Below, piece after piece: positions 50,373-58,703 of a DNA stretch of 64,000 nucleotides (its first letter is position 1; the number at the start of each line of letters is the position of its first letter). The stretch is taken from the NCBI GenBank assembly GCA_032128875.1, contig JAVLKG010000003.1, forward strand, positions 129,008 to 193,007. The letters are read 5' to 3'. The position numbers were made by a program, and so were the translations under genes. The notes below the pieces were generated by a model. It saw only the letters and a list, made by a program, of their open reading frames with translations. It did no database searches and was not told the DNA's origin. This DNA comes from Candidatus Melainabacteria bacterium 17Bon1m. GTDB lineage: Bacteria > Cyanobacteriota > Vampirovibrionia > Obscuribacterales > Obscuribacteraceae.

Positions 50373-50468
50373 GGGCGATGCATGGCATCGCCCCTACGCT
50401 TCGCTGTACGTAACTGCGTCCCCGCCCGGAAGCAGATTCCAGAAGCCGGCGAGCCGCCGGCGCTCCCA
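50373..50468. repeat. Pair of REP-like palindromes
   Basis: gggcgatgcatggcatcgcccctac (GTAG type on - strand) at 50373-50397 and gccggcgagccgccggcgctccca at 50445-50468. Confidence 0.65.
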
Positions 50469-50470
50469 GG

Positions 50471-52192
50471 TTAAGCGGCGCCGGTGGCGGGAAGCGTATA
50501 GCGCTTTTCGATGGCGGCGCAGATCAAATTGCGCGTCTCTTTTGCGCCGATGTTTTTATTCGATTCAATCATTTGTGTTTCTTGCGAAAGTTCATCGTCT
50601 TTGATGAATTCCTTGAACCACTTCGAATAGTCGTGATTGCGCAGATGGAAATTCCATGTGTCGTCGTCCACACCTTGTGCGATTTGATTGAACAGCACAA
50701 GGTTTTGCACGCGTAGATTGAGTTTGTTTCCTGGTCCGCGGAAGTAAAAGCTTCTCTCTTCCGGCAGCTGACCTTCAGCATATTTGCGACGGTGACGAAC
50801 TTTCTCAATTTCGGAGCGTTCAAGCTTGAGCAGTTCAACCTGTTTTGACTTCTTGGTGAACCAACCGAAGCCGTAACCTTGCTCCAAGTCCTTTTGCTTC
50901 GGCATTTTTGGTGCATCGATACCGGCACTTTTGGCGAACTTCTTGATTTTTTCTTGCGCGTTTTCGCCAATGGTGAGCAGAAGATCGATGGATGAATACA
51001 CTTCCGGTGCAATGAGTTCTGGATGGACTGTAATCATCAAAATTGAACGCAAGTTTTCTGGCGCAAAGCGCGACATCTTTTTCCACTCTACGGGGAACAT
51101 GTGGTGCGCTTCGTCTACGACCGTCCAGTGTGGTCTTCCATGCAGTGTGCGAAGTTCTTGCAGCCGAGGAAGAAGGTTGGTGAAAAACTCCGGACGATCC
51201 TCCAACGGAATTCCGAGAAGGTTGACGATCACACTTTTGGTCGGATCCGCCAACAGTTGGAGAACTTCGTCGATGGTGGGGGCGCGCTCGGTGTCCCCGA
51301 TAACGACCGCGTTGTGGAAACTTTCGTAGTCACCTTCCGGATCTATCAAGCAAAATTGGTATTCGCTGTGGCACAGCTGATCGAGAATTCCCAGGGTCGT
51401 TGTCGATTTGCCTGCGCCAGAGCTGCCGCAAATCAGGATGCCCGTGTTATATGGATCGATCATCTCTTTCTCTGAATCTTCGCGAGTTCCTGCAGAAATG
51501 AAGTGGCGCTTCGGTGAAAAGTCGATCATGTCGTCTTCGATAAGCATCTCGATGAGTTCTTCAACACCCGCTCCACGCTTGGCATTCGTCACGAAATCTG
51601 CGCGCTCTTTTAGCGCTGGCAGCGCGTTGCCAACTGCAACAGAAAATTCACTGGAAGTGAGAAAAGCGTGATCGTTCTCAGCGTCGCCTACTGCGACAAC
51701 GTTGTGTGGTGAGAGTTGCAAATGCTTGAGTGCAGCAGCTAGGCCACTTGCTTTGTTAACACCTGGCGGCAAAATCATTACCGCGCCCTTGTTGAAGATA
51801 ATTTGCGATTCCAGACCAAGTTCTTTGATGCACTGGAGTACCAGCCCGTCATGCGGAACCCAGGTGGCAAGAATGCCTTTGCCAACCGATAGAGGTTCTA
51901 CCTCATGCTTCTTCAAATCATCAATTAATGCTTGCGGCGGCGGCTCGCAAAGCAGTTCTTCGTGCTTAGTGGAAGGAATGACCAAGAGTGCTCCGTTTTC
52001 TGCAACGACTGCGTCAAACATCTCCCACTCAGGAAAATGCTCGATGAGACTTGGCATTTCGCGTCCAGTTACGAGAATCAGCTTGCGCCCCGATGCTTTC
52101 AACCGTTGCAGAGCTTCCACTGTCGACTCATCTACTGTTCCATCACCCGCTATCGTGCCATCGTAATCCGTTGCCAGTGCCAGATACCGCAT
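50471..52192 (-). CDS. HAD-IIB hydrolase fused to a HerA/DUF87-like P-loop ATPase
   Basis: 'DYDGT', 'VTGR', 'GDAEND'; Walker A 'GSSGAGKS', 'IDPEGDY', Walker B 'VVDEAH'. Confidence 0.88.
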   Translation of the reverse strand: MRYLALATDYDGTIAGDGTVDESTVEALQRLKASGRKLILVTGREMPSLIEHFPEWEMFDAVVAENGALLVIPSTKHEELLCEPPPQALIDDLKKHEVEPLSVGKGILATWVPHDGLVLQCIKELGLESQIIFNKGAVMILPPGVNKASGLAAALKHLQLSPHNVVAVGDAENDHAFLTSSEFSVAVGNALPALKERADFVTNAKRGAGVEELIEMLIEDDMIDFSPKRHFISAGTREDSEKEMIDPYNTGILICGSSGAGKSTTTLGILDQLCHSEYQFCLIDPEGDYESFHNAVVIGDTERAPTIDEVLQLLADPTKSVIVNLLGIPLEDRPEFFTNLLPRLQELRTLHGRPHWTVVDEAHHMFPVEWKKMSRFAPENLRSILMITVHPELIAPEVYSSIDLLLTIGENAQEKIKKFAKSAGIDAPKMPKQKDLEQGYGFGWFTKKSKQVELLKLERSEIEKVRHRRKYAEGQLPEERSFYFRGPGNKLNLRVQNLVLFNQIAQGVDDDTWNFHLRNHDYSKWFKEFIKDDELSQETQMIESNKNIGAKETRNLICAAIEKRYTLPATGAA

Positions 52193-52328
52193 GAGAAACT
52201 CCTGCTGAGGGGATGGACTAATTCTCGGTCTATGAAAAACCTGCCGTGCAAGTCAGGCTCTGTGTTATAGAGCGAACGGATATCCTGAAAGTTCCGGCTC
52301 AATAATTTTTGAAACTGCTATAGAAATG

Positions 52329-52358
52329 CAGAAAGCTCCGCAATTGCGGAGCCTTCTG
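52329..52358. terminator. Intergenic hairpin, probable terminator of the 52460-53119 gene
   Basis: cagaaagctccgc-aatt-gcggagccttctg. Confidence 0.55.
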
Positions 52359-52459
52359 TGCCCGTGGAGGGGCATATTTATTGGATGCCTGTGGATTCCG
52401 AGAGGCCGGGATTCGCTTTAGGTTACCGGTTTCTGGATTCCGTGGCTGCCAACCTTTCG

Positions 52460-53119
52460 CTACTTCGCTGCGCTATCGAGGTCAGAACCGATCTTGTCGA
52501 ATTCGCTGTAAAGGGTGCGACCTTCTTTAAGATCGAGATTGCCGTCAGCGCGCATTCCTGCTTCTTGAGTTGCAATCAAGTCCATACGGCTGCGTAGATT
52601 GTTTGCAGTCGAGGCGGAAATTTTGTTTTCCAAATACAACTTGTTGATCTTACCTTCGAGATCCCAACGACGTTTTGCTACGTCATCCAACTCAACTACC
52701 TTACCTTCAACGATCGTGAAGTGTGAACCTTCAACGATTGGAACGAAAACCGGCTTCTTCAACACGATGTTGAATCTGTCGCCGAGGGTATCAATATCGC
52801 GTGCCAGAATAACAACTTTGCTGCTGGCTGCAACGCCCGTCAATGCTTTTGCTGCTGCTTCTTCGGCTGCGATTCTATCGAGTTCTGCCTTCAACAGATT
52901 CTTTTCTGCTTCAGCCAAAAGGTTCTGTGCCAACGCGTCAGCGTAGAGCTTGTTCAACTCTTCACGACGAGTTGTAATTGTTCCGAACAACATACCAGGG
53001 TCAGTGGTAGTGATAGTTCGCGTGACTACAACGCTGTCTTGCGCAAATGCACCAGTGCCCAGGCACATGGTCAACGCTACAGCCGCGATGCCTAAGGTTG
53101 CCGCAATTGAAATTCTCAT
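52460..53119 (-). CDS. Secreted helical hypothetical protein with internal duplication
   Basis: Signal peptide ending AFA; two similar helical repeats. Confidence 0.75.
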   Translation of the reverse strand: MRISIAATLGIAAVALTMCLGTGAFAQDSVVVTRTITTTDPGMLFGTITTRREELNKLYADALAQNLLAEAEKNLLKAELDRIAAEEAAAKALTGVAASSKVVILARDIDTLGDRFNIVLKKPVFVPIVEGSHFTIVEGKVVELDDVAKRRWDLEGKINKLYLENKISASTANNLRSRMDLIATQEAGMRADGNLDLKEGRTLYSEFDKIGSDLDSAAK

Positions 53120-53284
53120 TTGTTTTCTCCGTATTTAGTGGAGATGCTACCCGGCCCACGAGCCCGGCACATCTATAGATGCCGGGTGGACGGGGTACCC
53201 CTCGATTAGTTCCTGACGTTACGAAAGGAAGTTACATTAAATTCGGAGGCTGTAAAGTGGGTGGGCTTTTGGGCGAAACGCCCA

Positions 53285-53761
53285 TCACTTGGATGGGCTT
53301 TGCTTGACGGCTTGGAACTCGGCGAGTTTGGCGGCGATATCAGCTCGACTGATGGTCGAGTCGTAACCCGATTCTTCATCCTTTGCCTCAATAAGGTTCG
53401 CTCCACCGTCATAGTTGTCGAGCAAAAATCGGATGAAAGCTTTGTCCAATTGTTTATCGTTTTCGCCAAAAGTAAGATCGCGATTTACCGACCTGAGCTC
53501 GCTGCGCAAATCTTCGCGACTGAGATCGGCGCCAAGCTGATCCGCATAAACAAGCGACAGCTCTGGCAACTGGTTGGTCTCTCGCAGCTTTTGCGTGAGC
53601 TGCAACATGTAGTCTTTCGCCTGTTCAGAACTCATTGCACTGGTGTCCGCTTTCGCGTCATTGCGCAACGATTCCAGCGCCGTTTTCTGCTCTTCGCTCG
53701 CCTGAGTGATTTCCGCGTTAGGGCAAACGTTGTCTGCTATTTCAATGTGGGAATTTGTCAT
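53285..53761 (-). CDS. Hypothetical protein
   Basis: GGAG RBS; 158 aa; EF-hand-like 'LSREDL'/'ISRADI' ends. Confidence 0.7.
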   Translation of the reverse strand: MTNSHIEIADNVCPNAEITQASEEQKTALESLRNDAKADTSAMSSEQAKDYMLQLTQKLRETNQLPELSLVYADQLGADLSREDLRSELRSVNRDLTFGENDKQLDKAFIRFLLDNYDGGANLIEAKDEESGYDSTISRADIAAKLAEFQAVKQSPSK

Positions 53762-53847
53762 TTTTGGTCAACTCCATTGAGAAACGGTTGTTGACCCAGC
53801 CACCGTCACCATAGCCCAACCTAAGTGGCACGAACGTGGCAACGCAG

Positions 53848-55488
53848 TTAGTACTTGCTCATGTAATTCCGAGTAGCTTGGAATTTTGCAACTGAAGTTG
53901 TCGAAAGCTTCTGTTCGTTTTCCGCATGCTGCTGCTCGGTCGCCGCGAACTGCTGTTCAAGCGCATCTTCTTCGGTTGTGTAAACGATTGAGGGCGTTGG
54001 TGCGAGCAAGAGAGTATTGATATGCGCGCTCGCCTCGTTGAGTTTTTCTTTTAACTCGCTTGACGGTGCTGACAGTGCACGAGCGTATGCGTTGCGCTTT
54101 TCATTGCGCTGATCGATGCTGTAATTGAGGCACAGCTGCCAGAAAAAACGTGCGGCGGGAAACGCGATCAAGAAAGTTGCGTAAGCAAGCATGAAAATCG
54201 ACATGTGATGGAACGGTACGAGAATTTTTGTGCTGGCCGAAGCGGTGTAGAACCAGAAGCTGCCGATGAAATTTAAAAGCGCGATGGACGCCATCTTCAC
54301 TGAGGAGTCAGTGCCTTGAAGCGAAAACTGCCAACGGCGCTCGGCCAAATATCGCGAAAGATGGTTTTGAGTGTTCGCCGCAGGACCAGCCCAAGACTGA
54401 TCTGCCTGGCGTTTTAAATGGCTGCGATACAAGTCTCTAAGCTGATCTCCACCACCCATATTCTGATGTGGTTTCAAACTCAATTGTTGGGTGGCGAGAT
54501 TATCTTCGCGGACGAATGAAGGGAAAACGTACAGAATGTTGCCCTTGTCCGTCACTTCTGGTGAGCCGTTGAAATGCACGAGAATGGGTAACATCCAGTC
54601 TTCCGTTCCGCTGTCGTCGCCTGCATATGGTGCGATTTGTTCTGCCACCACAACGCCATGACTGCGTTTTATCACTAGACCTATTTGATGCCAAAAGCGC
54701 TCTTTTAAATCGGCGTTGGGATGCCCGTCTCCGAAGAGATATGAGAAGCAGTTGGTTACGAAGTCGCCGTTCTGCCCGCTGTCGCTGCGCGTCGATTGAC
54801 CGTTGGTGAGCGGCCTTGCTGCATTTGCTTGCGGCGAGTAATAGTAGTCGTATGAATATCCGTACGAATGGTAGTAGCACGGGTCAGACCAGTAATAGCC
54901 CCAGTCCAACAGTCGAATCATGTCGTAGGCGAAGTAATCGAAGTGGAAGTGTCCGAAATCGATGTTGGAGAGTCCAGAGAATAAATCGCCGCCACCCACG
55001 TCTCCGATGTCGAGACTTGGACCGTCGCCGTCGAAGATTGATGCGATTGCCGCAAAAATGCCGATGACGATGGCAATTATCGAGCCGATGAGCAAGATGC
55101 CGAACATCGCGCGAAAGAGAAAGTTGGCTAATAGCAAGACGATTTTTATCGCCGCTACCGTCAAGCCAATCGCAAGGCGCACCAACAGACGGAGCACGCG
55201 TAGGAAGAAATTGCCATTTGCAGTGAAGAGTTGTTTGGTGACGTCGTATATGTATGCGCGCTCGAAGCCTGGCGCGAATTCATAGAGCAATGCGCCTGCG
55301 GAATCCACCTTAAGGTGAGCGGAAGTTTCTGCGGCAATGATGTTCAGCTGTTGAGTTGCTGTTGCGATTGGGAGGCTTGTAGAGAGCGCTACGTTTTCCG
55401 GGGTGACCTTGAAGCGCAGCGTGTTGATTGCTTCAAGTACCTGGGTCTTTTCCTTGCTGTGAAACGGTTTTAGGATTTCGGCTAACAT
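53848..55488 (-). CDS. Membrane protein resembling the cyanobacterial/plastid At5g03900 family
   Basis: 'FSYLFGDGHPNADL', 'VVAEQIAPY', 'MLPILVHFNGSPEV...GNILYVFP' match my recollection of that family. Confidence 0.7.
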   Translation of the reverse strand: MLAEILKPFHSKEKTQVLEAINTLRFKVTPENVALSTSLPIATATQQLNIIAAETSAHLKVDSAGALLYEFAPGFERAYIYDVTKQLFTANGNFFLRVLRLLVRLAIGLTVAAIKIVLLLANFLFRAMFGILLIGSIIAIVIGIFAAIASIFDGDGPSLDIGDVGGGDLFSGLSNIDFGHFHFDYFAYDMIRLLDWGYYWSDPCYYHSYGYSYDYYYSPQANAARPLTNGQSTRSDSGQNGDFVTNCFSYLFGDGHPNADLKERFWHQIGLVIKRSHGVVVAEQIAPYAGDDSGTEDWMLPILVHFNGSPEVTDKGNILYVFPSFVREDNLATQQLSLKPHQNMGGGDQLRDLYRSHLKRQADQSWAGPAANTQNHLSRYLAERRWQFSLQGTDSSVKMASIALLNFIGSFWFYTASASTKILVPFHHMSIFMLAYATFLIAFPAARFFWQLCLNYSIDQRNEKRNAYARALSAPSSELKEKLNEASAHINTLLLAPTPSIVYTTEEDALEQQFAATEQQHAENEQKLSTTSVAKFQATRNYMSKY

Positions 55489-55545
55489 CGCATTTCTTTC
55501 CTATGATGCAAGAAACTGGCGAACGCTTACGTGGTTTCGCCTTGA

Positions 55546-55779
55546 ATGTTTGTTGTGCTGACGAGAGAGGGTTCCGCGGTCAATACCGCTGGATTAAATC
55601 AATTGACGCAGGGCTTGGCTTATTTCGGCATATTGTGCGTTGTTTTGTTCGTTTTCGATGTTCCGAGTATAAGCGACCTGTTGGCAACCTTTCGCTTTTG
55701 TTATCATTGCTTCACAATTATCAAAGAACGCACCCAGTTGCCCTTCTCCGGCTTGGATGCGTTAGGTGTAGGCTATTAG
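55546..55779 (+). CDS. Possible small membrane protein
   Basis: 77-aa ORF with a hydrophobic stretch. Confidence 0.3.
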   Translation: MFVVLTREGSAVNTAGLNQLTQGLAYFGILCVVLFVFDVPSISDLLATFRFCYHCFTIIKERTQLPFSGLDALGVGY

Positions 55780-55819
55780 CGCTGTTGCGCCGTGCTCGCT
55801 CAGTTTGGCGATTGCATTT

Positions 55820-56122
55820 TTAATTCGGCGGGTGGAATGCGATGTTCGATTGTAGGTAAGCCGCTTCCCGGCTAAAGCGTCTTTCGAGCGTCTGGAAATT
55901 TGGCGTCACAACGCATTCTGGCAGGCTTACAGACGCATCAATTGGCAGATCGGCGTACAACACATCTTCCTCGACGCCGACTTCAACCAACCATTGAGCA
56001 AGGTCTTCAAACTCATCGTCCCTGGCGGCTAACATTGGATAACCCGGGGCGACGAACGACGCGCAGAAGTAGCCGTCGGACTCGAACACCTTCAGTTTTC
56101 CGGGGATCAATGTTGATTGCAT
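55820..56122 (-). CDS. Hypothetical protein
   Basis: GAGG RBS, acidic 100-aa ORF. Confidence 0.6.
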   Translation of the reverse strand: MQSTLIPGKLKVFESDGYFCASFVAPGYPMLAARDDEFEDLAQWLVEVGVEEDVLYADLPIDASVSLPECVVTPNFQTLERRFSREAAYLQSNIAFHPPN

Positions 56123-56306
56123 GTTTTCCTCTTTCTATTTTTATGAGCGCAAACACTATAGGTGTATTGCTCTCCTAGAAAAACATTCCTTAAGACCCTC
56201 GTCAATTGGGCTGACTGGATATGCGAGGCGTATGCTTTGGGGCGGGCAAATTTGCGTATTCCCAATGTGCGTGGCAGGATGGTATTTCTGGTTGTGAGCT
56301 TTTCAC

Positions 56307-56609
56307 ATGAATGCAGAAGTCGCTGCTGACGCAGCAATATTCCGGACGATTTTGATGTTTGTCGTTTGTGGTGCAGTTTTGTATCCGGCGTACTGTTTTT
56401 TCAAAAAGTTTCGCGAATTGCTCGGTAGACTCGACCTGCGTCCTCACCAACAAGATGAAGCGAGAGTTCTGAATCTAATTAGCGTGTCTGTGGAGCATGG
56501 ACTTCGGGCTATTTGGATATCGTGGTTAGTTATTGTTGGCACCTTTTTGCTTTTCCTTTTCGGACTGTCTCTTTATCGGTATTTCCACACTGTAGTCAGA
56601 TTGTTTTGA
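56307..56609 (+). CDS. Two-TM membrane protein
   Basis: Two hydrophobic helices. Confidence 0.55.
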   Translation: MNAEVAADAAIFRTILMFVVCGAVLYPAYCFFKKFRELLGRLDLRPHQQDEARVLNLISVSVEHGLRAIWISWLVIVGTFLLFLFGLSLYRYFHTVVRLF

Positions 56610-56657
56610 GCAACAGTTCGTGCACAGAATCGCGCCGAAACGCGTATAGTAGTTTGA

Positions 56658-57677
56658 ATGAATTCGATCAAGGAAAAACTTGCAGGCATGCGGTGGCTTT
56701 TCATAAAGCCCGGCAAGTTTTTTGATGATGTAGCCCGCAACGGAAGTTATTGGGACGGCTTGGTTTTCATGGCTTTTCTTGCGCTCGTAGTTGGATATGG
56801 CGCTGTATTCGGCGACCCTACGCTTTCAGCGGACATGGTGCTCGCTGATGGTGCGAAAGTCGCGATGGTGCTATTCGTGGTTCTACTGGTCGTTACGGCT
56901 GTCTGGGGGCTGTTCTCCGCGCTTATTGGCATGAAGATGCGCCCTCGCATCGCCGTCGCGCTGACCTTTAAGGAGGCGGTTCAACGTTGCCTCCGCATGG
57001 TTTGTTTTGCATTGGCTCCGATTACACTCCTATTTTTTCACGGGCAGTTGTTAATAGGCTTAGCCCTTGTAGGCGTACTTGTTTTAGCGGTGATTGGTGT
57101 GTCGAAGGCGCTCTCAATCAAAATTATTCCTGCGCTTATCGTGCAGGCGCTGGTGTGTGGAAGCATTGTGGGTGGCGCCGCCCTTGCAGTTGACTCCTTC
57201 TTCAAAGATCCGGAATTCCAGGCGCGTCGCAGTCGCTCTTATCCAGCGAAGAAGCTGATTGGAAAGCCCGCTCCTGACATTTTGATATCGCCGACGGGTG
57301 GTGTGCCCATTCATTTGTCAGAGTTGAAAGGGAAAGTCGTCATCATCGACTTCTGGGCAACCTGGTGTCCTCCTTGCCGTTTTGGACTTCCGATGGTGAG
57401 CGAGGTGGCGTCTAAGTATAAAGACAAAGGCGTAGTGTTTTACGCAATTGGTGATGGCAGCATCAATCAGGAAAAGCTTTATTTGGAACAGCGAAAGATC
57501 GATGCGATTCCCGCCAGCTCAAACGCTGAAGCTTTTGAAGCATTCATGGTCCAGGCGATCCCTGAAACTATCGTCATAGACAAGGAAGGCGTCGTCAAGT
57601 CGGTGCACATAGGGCTTTCGCAAAATGAGAAAGAAGAGCTGACAAGCGAAATTGAAGCAGCTCTTAATGGCAAATAA
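56658..57677 (+). CDS. Yip1-like membrane domain fused to TlpA/ResA-type thiol-disulfide oxidoreductase
   Basis: N-terminal 'FIKPGKFF' plus ~5 TM; 'IDFWATWCPPCR', 'AIPETIVIDKEG'. Confidence 0.85.
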   Translation: MNSIKEKLAGMRWLFIKPGKFFDDVARNGSYWDGLVFMAFLALVVGYGAVFGDPTLSADMVLADGAKVAMVLFVVLLVVTAVWGLFSALIGMKMRPRIAVALTFKEAVQRCLRMVCFALAPITLLFFHGQLLIGLALVGVLVLAVIGVSKALSIKIIPALIVQALVCGSIVGGAALAVDSFFKDPEFQARRSRSYPAKKLIGKPAPDILISPTGGVPIHLSELKGKVVIIDFWATWCPPCRFGLPMVSEVASKYKDKGVVFYAIGDGSINQEKLYLEQRKIDAIPASSNAEAFEAFMVQAIPETIVIDKEGVVKSVHIGLSQNEKEELTSEIEAALNGK

Positions 57678-57783
57678 GACACCTGCAGCGGCAGCTTGAA
57701 GCGTTTTTTGCAGCGAACCGAGCGAGTGGTGTCTTCGCATTCCACATGAGTCATAATATGCATAACCTCATGGGATAAAACAC

Positions 57784-58647
57784 GTGATTACCTTCTACGA
57801 GCGCATGAGTGACTTAATTGCCACGGGCACACCATTTGTGTGCGCGACGATTGTTGACACGCAAGGCAGCGTGCCTGCTGATATCGGTGCCAAGATGCTT
57901 GTTACAGCGGATGGCGCTCATTTTGGAACGGTTGGCGGCGGAAAAATCGAAGCTCGCGTTATCCAAGAATCCAAAGAGATGTTGAAGTCTGCAGGTCTGG
58001 CTGGAACATCCGGCAAGGAAGATTCAACTGCGAAGTTTTTCGAGTGGAGTCTGAACAGAGATATTGGAATGACCTGCGGCGGGTCAATGCGCGTGTATCT
58101 TGAAGCTTTCAATCATCGCGCCTGGAATATCACCGTATTTGGTGCTGGACATGTGGCGAATGCACTGATTAGTTTGTTGGAAAAACTGGACTGCAGAATC
58201 ACTTGCATTGACTCGCGCGTAGAGTGGCTCGACAAGCTGCCCGACTCGCCCAAGCTACGCCGCGTTTTGCTATCCGAAATGAAAGAGTTTGTCGCAGAAA
58301 TTCCAAACGATTCCTTTGTCCTGCTTATGACAATGGGTCATAGTTCTGACAAACCCATCTTGTTGGAAATTTTGAGTCGCTGGGAAGAAGTGAAGTTTCC
58401 GTACCTGGGCGTCATCGGTAGTGACGCTAAGGCTGCACGTATTCGAAAGGATATTGCAGAAGCTGGTCTACCTGCCGAACTTTCAAAAGTTTTCTTCTGC
58501 CCGATCGGCTTGCCGCTGGGTTCAAATCATCCACAGGAAATCGCGGTCAGCGTGGCAGCTCAGCTGTTGCAAGTTCGAGATACGTCTGTTACAGCTGGTG
58601 CGCCGCAATCAGCCGTTTCACCTGATGCAGCAAGCGTTGCAGATTAA
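57784..58647 (+). CDS. xdhC: Xanthine dehydrogenase accessory protein
   Basis: 'GTVGGG', 'GMTCGG', 'FGAGHVA', 'YLGVIGS', 'CPIG...PQEIAVS'. Confidence 0.93.
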   Translation: MITFYERMSDLIATGTPFVCATIVDTQGSVPADIGAKMLVTADGAHFGTVGGGKIEARVIQESKEMLKSAGLAGTSGKEDSTAKFFEWSLNRDIGMTCGGSMRVYLEAFNHRAWNITVFGAGHVANALISLLEKLDCRITCIDSRVEWLDKLPDSPKLRRVLLSEMKEFVAEIPNDSFVLLMTMGHSSDKPILLEILSRWEEVKFPYLGVIGSDAKAARIRKDIAEAGLPAELSKVFFCPIGLPLGSNHPQEIAVSVAAQLLQVRDTSVTAGAPQSAVSPDAASVAD

Positions 58648-58703
58648 GCACGCTCTCCAGCTACGGAAGTGCAGAAATCTTATTTTGAACGCACAAATTG
58701 CTC

